Shown piece after piece: positions 8,917-16,598 of a stretch of 18,966 nt of DNA; the stretch's first letter is position 1, and each line of letters opens with the position of its first letter. This DNA comes from Verrucomicrobiales bacterium (GTDB lineage: Bacteria; Verrucomicrobiota; Verrucomicrobiia; Verrucomicrobiales; SLCJ01), in NCBI GenBank assembly GCA_046075565.1, contig JBJTQJ010000028.1:1-18966 (forward strand), given 5' to 3'. Position numbers and translations under genes: made by a program. Below the pieces are notes generated by a model. That model made no database searches and was not told the DNA's origin. It was given only the letters and a program-made list of their open reading frames with translations.

Positions 8917-10293
8917 TCACTTCGCGGCCTCGGCCTTCCGTGCGTTGAGCAGTTTTTTCATCTTGGCGACGGTTTCGGCGTATTTCGGCTTGCCAGCCAC
9001 ATTGTCATCTTCGCCTGGATCCTTTGACAAGTCGTAAAGCATTTCGGCCTTGCCGTTTTCGTAACTGGTGTAATTGAATCGCTCCGTGACCACGGCATCC
9101 GCATTTTGGTATCGGCTGTAAGCGGCTTCGCGGAAGGGCTTGGCGGGCTGATCCAGCAGGAGGCTGAAATCCCGGCCCTGCACGGTTCCCGGGGGCTGCA
9201 GACCGGCGAGCGCGCAGAGGGTCGGAAAGAGGTCGGAAGTCTCGACAATGGAACTGGTGCTCCCCGCTTTTTTGCCCGGCACCTTGATGATAAGCGGCAC
9301 CCGGATGGCCAAATGCATGGTGTTGTGTTTGCCCCAGAAATTATGTTCACCGAGGTGCCAGCCATGGTCGCCCCAGAGCACGACGATGGTGTTTTCCGCG
9401 AGGCCAAGGCGTTCCAGTTCGGCCAGCACATCACCGACCAGTTTGTCCGTGTAGCTGGTGCAGGCCAGATAACCGTGACGCATCATGCGATGGAAATCAG
9501 CGGAGTTTTCATCGAAATCCCCGAGATGATAGGACCGGAACTCCTTGCTTCCATTCAATTGACTCGGTGCATTCGCTGGCCGCTTCCGATTTTCGGCGAT
9601 CTGGATTTTGTCCCGCTCATAGAGATCCCAGTATTTTTTCGGCGCATAAAACGGCATGTGTGGTTTCACAAAGCCGCAGGCAAGAAAGAAGGGTTTTCCG
9701 CCTTCCTTGAGACGCTGGAGGTCTTTGATTGCCCGGACCGCGGTCTTCCCATCTTCATAGGCGTCGTCGGGAACATCGGGGGATTCGTAGATTCGTCCAC
9801 GTTGTTTGGTTTTGGAAAGCCTGCGCGTCGTTTCGGGATCATGACTTGTCATGTGACCTTCCGCTTTCCAGGGCGGCTCGCTCCAACTGCGGCCCACGGT
9901 GTCCTCCGGGGTGTGGAAAATTTTCCCAATGGATAGAGTGGTGTAACCGGCTTTTTTGAATGTCTCCGGCAGGGTCGCCGCCTCCGGCACATCGACATCC
10001 GCTCGGCAGTTACCGTCAAAACGTTTGGAGGTTGGCAAAATCCCGGTCATGAGACTCGCCCGTGAGCCCATGCAGATCGGGACTTGGCAGTAGACCCGAT
10101 CCAAACGCATTCCCTGGCCTGCCAACTTGTCGATGTTTGGTGATTTCACCTGGGGGGCGCCGTAACACCCGAGTTCAGGCCGCAGGTCATCGATGGCAAT
10201 AAAGAGGATATTAGGCTTGGTCCCGTCGGCCGTAACCGAAACGGGGGCTGCCAATAGGACACTGGTTAACACGCCGAAAGCGAGAATTCTCAT
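8917..10293 (-). CDS. Secreted sulfatase (iduronate-2-sulfatase-like)
   Basis: Signal peptide, KPNILFIAIDDLRPELGCYG, CMGSRASLMTG, GKIFH, PFFLACGFVKPHMPFYAPKKYWDLY and WGDHGWHLGEHNFWGKH. Confidence 0.92.
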   Translation of the reverse strand: MRILAFGVLTSVLLAAPVSVTADGTKPNILFIAIDDLRPELGCYGAPQVKSPNIDKLAGQGMRLDRVYCQVPICMGSRASLMTGILPTSKRFDGNCRADVDVPEAATLPETFKKAGYTTLSIGKIFHTPEDTVGRSWSEPPWKAEGHMTSHDPETTRRLSKTKQRGRIYESPDVPDDAYEDGKTAVRAIKDLQRLKEGGKPFFLACGFVKPHMPFYAPKKYWDLYERDKIQIAENRKRPANAPSQLNGSKEFRSYHLGDFDENSADFHRMMRHGYLACTSYTDKLVGDVLAELERLGLAENTIVVLWGDHGWHLGEHNFWGKHNTMHLAIRVPLIIKVPGKKAGSTSSIVETSDLFPTLCALAGLQPPGTVQGRDFSLLLDQPAKPFREAAYSRYQNADAVVTERFNYTSYENGKAEMLYDLSKDPGEDDNVAGKPKYAETVAKMKKLLNARKAEAAK

Positions 10294-10500
10294 GATGGGA
10301 AAGCTTCAAGGTTCAAGGGTAGGCAACGCGGGTGCGCCCGCCACCCTTGCACAGAAATACCCCCTTCCGCCAGTTTTTTCGGGAAAGGTTGACGCCTTCC
10401 CCAACGTTCCCGATGGTCGGTCGTTCGAGGCAATTCCCGCCCGGGGGAGAACCCTTCCGCCGGACACCAGCTACCCGGAATACCACACCATTTGCCAGCC

Positions 10501-12132
10501 ATGAAATTCATCTTCCTTTTCCTCTGCCTTGTTCTTCCGCTTCCGTCGGCCGAAACCAAAGCCGATATCGTCGTCTATGGCGGCACCTCCGGAGGCATCA
10601 TTGCCGCCATTCAGGCCGCGAAATCCAAATCTTCCGTCGTTTTGGTTTCAGCCACCCCCTATCTGGGCGGTCTTACCGCCAGCGGGCTGGGTTGGACGGA
10701 TCTCGGGAGTGCTTCCATCCTTGGTGGTCTGAGCCGTGACTTCTACACCCGTCTCTATCATCACTACGAGAAGCCCGAAGCCTGGAAATGGGAAGAGCGT
10801 GCGAAATTCGGCAATCAGGGACAAGGCGCGCCCGCCCTGAACCCGAAATCCCAACTCGCTTCCGTCTTCGAACCCTCCGTGGCCACCGCCGTCTTCAAGG
10901 ACATGCTGAAGGAACACGGCATTGAAGTGGTTACAGCGAGGCTCGACCTGAAAAAAGGCGTGATCATGGATGGCAAACGCATCGAAAAAATACGCACCGA
11001 AGACGGCCGGGAATTTGCCGGAAAAGTCTTCATCGACGCCACCTACGAAGGAGACCTGCTCCCCGGTGCGGGGGTCAGTTACACCGTAGGCCGTGAATCG
11101 AATGCCACTTACAACGAGACGATCAACGGAATTCAGGCAAAGCTCGCTGGCAAAAACCAACTCCCCAACGGCATCGACCCTTACATCAAGCGCGGCGACC
11201 CTTCGAGCGGACTGCTGCCCGGCGTGAACCCCGATACTGGCGGCACGGATGGAGAAGGCGACCACCGTTTGCAGGCCTACTGCTTCCGTATGTGCCTGAC
11301 CGATGTCCCGGCCAACCGCGTGACCATCGAAAAACCGGAGGGTTACGACGAGGCCGCGTACGAGATTCTTTTCCGCGCCATCGAGGCGGGCCAGAAGGGC
11401 ATGTTCACCAAATTCAGCCCGATGCCGAACCGCAAGACGGACTCCAACAACACCGGCGGAATCTCCAACAACCCCATCGGCGCGAATTACGGGAAGGACT
11501 GGAACTGGACCACCCTCAACCACGATGAGCGCCTCGCCGTCGCAAAGAAACACGAGCACTGGCAACGTGGTTTGCTCTGGACGCTCCAGAACCACCCCCG
11601 CATCCCGGAGAACATCCGCCAGGAGTATTCCAAGTGGGGACTGCCGGGGGACGAGTTTACCGACAACAAACACTGGCCGCACCAGCTTTACGTCCGCGAG
11701 GCCCGCCGCATGGTCTCCGACTTCGTCATGACCCAGCACCACTGCACACGCAAGGAAGCGGTGCCGGAATCCATTGGCCTCGCCGCCTACACCATGGATT
11801 CACACTCAGTCCAGCGATACGTGAAGAACGGAATGGTGAAGAACGAGGGTGACGTGCAGGTCGGTGTCCCCGGTCCGTATCCGGTATCCTACCGCGCCAT
11901 TGTTCCGAAGAAAGGCGAATGCGAAAACCTGCTCGTCCCGTGGAGCCTTTCCGCCAGCCACATGGCCTTCGGTTCGATTCGCATGGAGCCGGTCTTCATG
12001 ATTCTGAGCCAGTCGGCCGCTACCGCCGCCCGCATCGCCATCGAACGGAACATCAGTGTGCAGGATGTGCCCTACGATGCCTTGCAAACGCTGCTGCTCG
12101 CCCAAGGTCAGGTGCTTGAAGTCAAAAAGTGA
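10501..12132 (+). CDS. Secreted FAD-dependent oxidoreductase (FAD_oxidored / PF12831-like)
   Basis: ATG 10501, signal peptide, Rossmann motif ADIVVYGGTSGGIIAAIQAA, LGGLTASGLGWTD, FIDATYEGDL, QAYCFRMCL, LYVREARRMV and SASHMAFGSIRMEPVFM. Confidence 0.88.
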   Translation: MKFIFLFLCLVLPLPSAETKADIVVYGGTSGGIIAAIQAAKSKSSVVLVSATPYLGGLTASGLGWTDLGSASILGGLSRDFYTRLYHHYEKPEAWKWEERAKFGNQGQGAPALNPKSQLASVFEPSVATAVFKDMLKEHGIEVVTARLDLKKGVIMDGKRIEKIRTEDGREFAGKVFIDATYEGDLLPGAGVSYTVGRESNATYNETINGIQAKLAGKNQLPNGIDPYIKRGDPSSGLLPGVNPDTGGTDGEGDHRLQAYCFRMCLTDVPANRVTIEKPEGYDEAAYEILFRAIEAGQKGMFTKFSPMPNRKTDSNNTGGISNNPIGANYGKDWNWTTLNHDERLAVAKKHEHWQRGLLWTLQNHPRIPENIRQEYSKWGLPGDEFTDNKHWPHQLYVREARRMVSDFVMTQHHCTRKEAVPESIGLAAYTMDSHSVQRYVKNGMVKNEGDVQVGVPGPYPVSYRAIVPKKGECENLLVPWSLSASHMAFGSIRMEPVFMILSQSAATAARIAIERNISVQDVPYDALQTLLLAQGQVLEVKK

Positions 12133-12189
12133 GGGATCATCGCGACTTCTCTCCAGTCCATCCTTTCCACCCGGGGCCGCCATAACAAT

Positions 12190-14190
12190 ATGAAACCCAT
12201 CATCCCGTTGCTTTGCCTCTTCCTTGCGGGTTTCACGCCGAGCATGGGTGCTCCCCCTTCCCGTCCGAATATCCTGCTCATTCTCGCCGACGACATGGGC
12301 TATTCCGATATCGGCTGCTACGGGGGTGAGATCCAAACACCGAATATCGACCGGCTCGCGGCGAATGGCCTGCGTTTCACGAGATTTTACAATACCGCCC
12401 GTTGCTGGTCCACCCGCGCGGCCATGCTCACCGGTTACTATCCGCAGGCCATTCGCCGCGATATGCTTCCGGGCGAGGACCGCGGTGAATATGGCATGTT
12501 CGGGGCGAGCAGTGGTGCGAATGGCATCCGCCCACGATGGGCACGCCTGCTTCCCGCGTATCTGCGCGAAGCCGGCTACGGAAACTACCATTCAGGCAAA
12601 TGGCACGTCGACGGCGATCGCCTGCCGTCCGGTTTCGACCGTTCGTATTCTCTGGAGGATCATAACCGATTCTTCTCGCCGGAGAATCACTTTGAAGATG
12701 ACGTCAAATTGCCGCCGGTCAAATGCGACAGCGGCTACTACTCGACCACCCACATCGCGAACCACGCAATCCGTTGTCTCGACGAGCACGCGGCGCAACA
12801 CGCCGACCGTCCCTTCTTCTCCTTCCTCGCCTTCACGGCCCCTCATTTTCCGCTCCAGGCTCTGCCCGAAGACATCGCACTTTACCGCGATCGCTATCTG
12901 GAAGGATGGGACAAAATCCGCGAGTCTCGCCATGCCCGCTTGCGCGAGACGGGAATGGTCAAGGGTGATCTGCCATCGCTTGAGCCTCTGGTTTTCCCGC
13001 GATGGAATCTCACCCAACAGGAACAAATCGACCTCATCAGTCCGCATGAAGTGGCGCTCGCCGTGCCGTGGGATTTGCTAACAGCAGAACAGAAACGTTT
13101 CCAAGCGACCAAAATGGCCATCCACGCTGCCATGGTGCACCGCATGGACATTGAAATCGGTCATGTGCTCGAGAGAATCGAAAAAATGGGTGCGCTCGAC
13201 AACACCATTGTCATTTTCCTTTCCGATAATGGCGCCAGTCCGGAACAAATCCTGCGCGGTGATGGCCACAAACCAGGCTCGGAACCCGGTTCGGCGGACT
13301 CTTATCTCGGTCTGGGTGCCGGCTGGTCGAGCGCCTCCAATACTCCCTTCCGCCTCCACAAATGCTGGTCGCATGAAGGAGGCATCATCACTCCGCTGGT
13401 TATCCACTGGCCTTCGGGCATCAAGGATCGTAATGCCCTGCGAACCCAACCGGGTCATGTTGTTGATCTCGTGCCCACGCTTTTGGAACTCGCCGGCGTG
13501 GCATTGCCGGAAAAGATTGAGGGTCTCGATGTCCCGCAGTTGCACGGACAAAGCCTGGTCCCTGCCCTTCGCGACGCCGCTGCTCCCCCTCCCCACGACT
13601 CGCTATGGTTTTATCACGATGGTCATCGTGCCCTGCGCAACGGCGACTGGAAGCTCGTGGCCAAACACGGTCAGCCGCCCGAACTGTATAACCTCGCCGA
13701 TGACCCGACCGAAACCAAGAACCTCGCCTCCGAACAGGAGGAGACGGTGAAGGAGCTTAGTGCCGAATTCGATCGACTCGCCGAATCCTTCCGACAACTC
13801 GCCGCCCAAGACCCGCCACCCAAGGCGGATGGGCCCGCCACCGATCCCAACGCGGCCAAAAAGTCCACTGCCCAACCGACCCGCGTTGCCTTCAAGCTGA
13901 AACTCAAACCGGGTATGGCCGCCGAGTATAAAAAGCGCCACGACGAAATCTGGCCGGAGTTGTCCGCCGCCATTCGCAATGCTGGTATCAGTGATTTCTC
14001 AATCTATCACGACGAGGAAACCGACATGTTGTTTGGCGTGCAGAAACTCGCGCCCGATCATACCGCTCCGAAACTGCGTGAAACCGAAGTGATGCGCAAA
14101 TGGTGGGCGCACATGGCCCCGCTCATGGAAACCAATCCCGATCTATCCCCGGTCCGGACCCCCTTGACGGAGCTATTCCACCAGGATTGA
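12190..14190 (+). CDS. Secreted arylsulfatase fused to a C-terminal L-rhamnose mutarotase (RhaM-like) domain
   Basis: A single 666-aa ORF. It has a signal peptide, RPNILLILADDMGYSDIGCYG, CWSTRAAMLTG, GKWHV, FTAPHFPLQA, FLSDNGAS and ELYNLADDPTETKNL, then a P/A/K linker, then RVAFKLKLKPGMAAEYKKRHDEIWPEL...VMRKWWAHMAPLMETNPDLSP...ELFHQD. Confidence 0.9.
   Translation: MKPIIPLLCLFLAGFTPSMGAPPSRPNILLILADDMGYSDIGCYGGEIQTPNIDRLAANGLRFTRFYNTARCWSTRAAMLTGYYPQAIRRDMLPGEDRGEYGMFGASSGANGIRPRWARLLPAYLREAGYGNYHSGKWHVDGDRLPSGFDRSYSLEDHNRFFSPENHFEDDVKLPPVKCDSGYYSTTHIANHAIRCLDEHAAQHADRPFFSFLAFTAPHFPLQALPEDIALYRDRYLEGWDKIRESRHARLRETGMVKGDLPSLEPLVFPRWNLTQQEQIDLISPHEVALAVPWDLLTAEQKRFQATKMAIHAAMVHRMDIEIGHVLERIEKMGALDNTIVIFLSDNGASPEQILRGDGHKPGSEPGSADSYLGLGAGWSSASNTPFRLHKCWSHEGGIITPLVIHWPSGIKDRNALRTQPGHVVDLVPTLLELAGVALPEKIEGLDVPQLHGQSLVPALRDAAAPPPHDSLWFYHDGHRALRNGDWKLVAKHGQPPELYNLADDPTETKNLASEQEETVKELSAEFDRLAESFRQLAAQDPPPKADGPATDPNAAKKSTAQPTRVAFKLKLKPGMAAEYKKRHDEIWPELSAAIRNAGISDFSIYHDEETDMLFGVQKLAPDHTAPKLRETEVMRKWWAHMAPLMETNPDLSPVRTPLTELFHQD
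13879..14190 (+). other. rhaM: L-rhamnose mutarotase domain within the fusion protein
   Basis: A ~103-aa domain with the RhaM hallmarks EYKKRHDEIWPEL, GISDFSIY, KWWAHM, ETNPD.SP and terminal LFH. It has no Met of its own where a stand-alone gene would start. Confidence 0.85.
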
Positions 14191-14206
14191 ATCTTGAGGA
14201 AAAAGA

Positions 14207-14242
14207 ATCCAAATCGAAATCGGGATCGCTATCCAAATCGAA
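14207..14242 (+). repeat. Tandem hexamer array (ATC[G/C]NN x6), left arm
   Basis: ATCCAA ATCGAA ATCGGG ATCGCT ATCCAA ATCGAA. Confidence 0.9.
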
Positions 14243-14247
14243 AACGA

Positions 14248-14440
14248 ATGGCCTTGAGACTCCAAAATCTGCACGTTTATCACTTGGCCATAGGCTAGGT
14301 TTCCCGGATGCAAGGGATGTGGAGCCTTCTTGGAAGCAGGTGGTTATTCTGTGCGGGAGGAATCCCCGGCGTGCCGGATCGATTTCGATCCCGATAGCGA
14401 TTTCGATCCCGATGAACCAGCCTATGCCCTCCAAGCTTGA
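14248..14440 (+). pseudogene. Internally deleted remnant of a four-helix-bundle protein gene (TIGR02436 / 23S_rRNA_IVP-like)
   Basis: ATG 14248 gives MALRLQNLHVYHLAIG*VS, resembling the family's N-terminal E.L.VY..A helix, with TAG at 14296. It runs directly into RMQGMWSLLGSR and, after a +1 shift at 14341, GYSVREESPACRIDFDPDSDFDPDE..., resembling the VREE..Y / DFDPD tail. The central SIPLNIAEG...ARGSALE core is absent. Recognition is from memory of the family. Confidence 0.65.
14378..14413 (+). repeat. Tandem hexamer array (NNCGAT x6), right arm, inverted relative to 14207-14242
   Basis: ATCGAT TTCGAT CCCGAT AGCGAT TTCGAT CCCGAT. Its reverse complement uses the same units (ATCGGG, ATCGAA, ATCGCT) as the left arm. 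Confidence 0.9.
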
Positions 14441-14493
14441 GCACATTCGACGAGACCGAGATTCCGCTCACCTTGGCTTCCGCTCCGGACACG

Positions 14494-14526
14494 AAAAAAC
14501 CCGGCCTCCTGTGAGGAGACCGGGTT
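14494..14526 (-). terminator. Rho-independent terminator of rpsA
   Basis: On the minus strand, AACCCGGTCTCCT-CAC-AGGAGGCCGGGTT forms a 13-bp stem with one G.U and runs into a T6 tract, 40 nt after the rpsA stop. Confidence 0.85.
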
Positions 14527-14566
14527 GTCGTGACGAACGGTAAAGCTCGCCGTTGAGTTCGTTGGA

Positions 14567-16261
14567 TTAGTCCTTCTTGGCGGGACCTTCGCCCGGACGC
14601 CATTCTTCGAAGGCGAGAGCGAACGCGTTGTCGAGGCCGACCATGTCGGAGCTCGGGCGAAGGGACTCGAATGCCTGGGTTTCGCGCTTGAGCTGCTCTT
14701 CGTCGTAGTTGGCCGCCTTGATGGAGAGACCGATGCGACGCTCGGCTTTGTCCACCTTGATGACGCGGGCTTCGACTTCGTCGCCAACCTTGACCACATC
14801 CTTGACCTTGGCCACGTGGTCTTCGCTGAGTTGCGAGATGTGGACCAGACCATCGATGTCGTCTTCGAGTTGCACGAAGGCACCGAAGGTGGCGATTTTG
14901 GTGATCTTGCCTTTGACCAGGTCGCCGACCTTGAAGCGGCCTTCGATGGCCGACCATGGGTCGGTTTCGAGCTGCTTGAGGCCGAGGCTGATGCGCTGGT
15001 TGGCCTTGTCGATGGAGAGCACGACGGCTTCGACTTCCTGATTCTTCTGCAGGATCTCGCTGGGGTGGTTGATCTTGCGGGTCCAGCTCAGGTCGGAGAC
15101 GTGGATCATACCGTCGATGCCATCTACCAGTTCGACGAAGGCACCATAGGCGGTGAGGTTGCGGAGCACACCCTTGATCTTCGAACCAATCGGGAAGCGC
15201 TGTTCGATCTCATCCCATGGGTTGGAATCGAGCTGGCGCACGCCAAGCGAGATCTTCTGCTCTTCCTTGTTGATGCCGAGCACGATGGCGGTGACTTCCT
15301 GGTCGATGGAAAGCACATCGTTCGGACGGGCCACCCGCTTGGTCCAGGAAAGTTCGGACACGTGGATGAGACCTTCGACGCCTTTTTCGATTTCGACGAA
15401 GGCACCATAGGGAAGGAGTTTCGTCACGCGGCCATGGACTTGTTGTCCAACGGGGTAACGACCTTCGATGTCTTCCCACGGGTTGTCGGAAAGCTGCTTG
15501 AGGCCGAGGGAAACGCGTTCCTTGTCGCGGTTGACGTCGAGGATGACGACATCCACTTCCTGGCCGATGGCGAGCATTTCGCTGGGGTGAGTGATACGGC
15601 CCCAGGACATGTCGGTGATGTGGAGGAGTCCGTCCATCCCGCTGAGGTCAACGAAGGCCCCGAAGTCGGTGATGTTCTTGACGGCACCGCGCACGCGGTC
15701 GCCGACCTTGACGGTTTCGAGGAAGCGGCTGCGCTGATCGGCGCGTTCGGCTTCGATGACCTCGCGGCGGCTGAGCACGACATTCTTGCGGTCGTGGTTG
15801 ACCTTGACGATCTTGAATTCGTGGACTTGACCCACGTAAATGTTGAGATCCTTCGGCGGCATGATGTCCACCTGGGAAGCGGGAAGGAAAGCTTCGACAC
15901 CGACATTGACGGTGAGACCGCCTTTGACGGCGCTCTTGATTTTGCCCCGGACGAGGCCGCCTTCGTTGTAAACGCCGACGATTTTGTCCCAGTTTTGTTT
16001 GTAGGCGGCTTTCTCTTTGGAAAGCACGACCATACCTTCTTCGTTCTCGAGTTTTTCGAGGAGAACTTCGATTTCGTCACCGATTTCGATATCCTCGTCT
16101 TCGAATTCCGCGACCGGGATCACGCCTTCAGATTTGTAGCCGATGTCCACAAGGACAACCTGCGGTTTGATTTCGAGAATGGTTCCTTTGACGATGGAAC
16201 CTTCCTTCAGTTCGCGGAAACGGCCGTCAATCAGTTCGGCCAGGGTGCTAGCACTATTCAT
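14567..16261 (-). CDS. rpsA: 30S ribosomal protein S1
   Basis: 564 aa with six S1 domains: LVDIGYKSEGVIP, VEAFLPASQVD, VKNITDFGAFVDLSGMDGLLHITDMSWGR, GVEGLIHVSELSW, GIDGMIHVSDLSW and DIDGLVHISQLS. Confidence 0.99.
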   Translation of the reverse strand: MNSASTLAELIDGRFRELKEGSIVKGTILEIKPQVVLVDIGYKSEGVIPVAEFEDEDIEIGDEIEVLLEKLENEEGMVVLSKEKAAYKQNWDKIVGVYNEGGLVRGKIKSAVKGGLTVNVGVEAFLPASQVDIMPPKDLNIYVGQVHEFKIVKVNHDRKNVVLSRREVIEAERADQRSRFLETVKVGDRVRGAVKNITDFGAFVDLSGMDGLLHITDMSWGRITHPSEMLAIGQEVDVVILDVNRDKERVSLGLKQLSDNPWEDIEGRYPVGQQVHGRVTKLLPYGAFVEIEKGVEGLIHVSELSWTKRVARPNDVLSIDQEVTAIVLGINKEEQKISLGVRQLDSNPWDEIEQRFPIGSKIKGVLRNLTAYGAFVELVDGIDGMIHVSDLSWTRKINHPSEILQKNQEVEAVVLSIDKANQRISLGLKQLETDPWSAIEGRFKVGDLVKGKITKIATFGAFVQLEDDIDGLVHISQLSEDHVAKVKDVVKVGDEVEARVIKVDKAERRIGLSIKAANYDEEQLKRETQAFESLRPSSDMVGLDNAFALAFEEWRPGEGPAKKD

Positions 16262-16282
16262 GGTTATTGGTTAGGGTTGGTA

Positions 16283-16345
16283 TGCCATCACCCCGCCTTG
16301 GGCGCTGCAGTTGGGCGGGGCGCCGGCAGATTGGTCTGCAGCGCC
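16283..16345 (-). promoter_or_regulatory. Structured rpsA 5' leader with two crossing stems; candidate autoregulatory element
   Basis: A perfect 10-bp pair (16301-16310 with 16336-16345) is crossed by a perfect 7-bp pair (16291-16297 with 16314-16320). The second pair extends on the minus-strand RNA to about 15 positions with two G.U pairs and one mismatch. The leader ends in A/C-rich sequence with no Shine-Dalgarno motif. Confidence 0.55.
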
Positions 16346-16363
16346 TTTTTGGAAAGGACGTAA

Positions 16364-16391
16364 ACCGTAAACGCGCCGGGAGTATTCGCAA
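16364..16391 (-). promoter_or_regulatory. Putative sigma70-type promoter of rpsA
   Basis: TTGCGA (16391-16386), 16 bp spacer, TACGGT (16369-16364). The geometry matches the serS candidate promoter. Confidence 0.5.
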
Positions 16392-16419
16392 GCACGGAAA
16401 TTCGAGGACGAGGGGCGCG

Positions 16420-16580
16420 GAAATACCCAGAGACCCAGAGACCTAGATGTCGGAGGCCAGGAAGCTAGGAGGCCAGAATTTCCAAGGAATTGCCATAAAA
16501 ACGTGCCGAATGGTTCGATTCTGGCCGGTTCGGACTTCGCTTTTCGGAATTCCTTGGGTATTTGGGTGCTTGGGTATTTC
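16420..16580. repeat. ~160 bp element bounded by inverted octamer-periodic repeats, with internal inverted repeats
   Basis: The ends GAAATACCCA (16420-16429) and TGGGTATTTC (16571-16580) are perfect complements. Octamer runs include AGACCCAG/AGACCTAG, GAGGCCAG/GAAGCTAG/GAGGCCAG and TGGGTATT/TGGGTGCT/TGGGTATT. Inner pairs are 16471-16479 with 16518-16526 and 16482-16491 with 16548-16557. Confidence 0.75.
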
Positions 16581-16598
16581 GTCAATTTTGCCGCCTGC

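Noticed and set aside
10294-10500. Riboswitch or operator in the divergent intergenic region; small hairpin GGGAAAGG-TTGACG-CCTTCCC near 10381-10401
   Set aside because: No known riboswitch consensus was recognised. TTGACG is -35-like but is followed by only a weak -10 (GATGGT), which is too little to call.
10501-12132. Xanthan lyase label often attached to this family
   Set aside because: The sequence shows a Rossmann FAD-binding fold and no recognisable polysaccharide lyase features.
14207-14413. CRISPR array or DGR
   Set aside because: The units are 6 bp with no spacers. There are no cas genes, no reverse transcriptase and no template/variable repeat pair in the window.
14100-14543. ORFs 14100..14543 (+), 14123..14446 (-), 14295..14957 (-) and 14422..14883 (-)
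   Set aside because: Their SKSKSG, IEIAIG and DRDRNR-type translations come from the hexamer arrays or alternate frames of rpsA.
14816-16363. 515-aa + strand ORF antisense to rpsA; likewise 16503..17324, 10648..11742, 9106..9936 and 1297..2118
   Set aside because: These are antisense shadows produced by the codon bias of the real genes.
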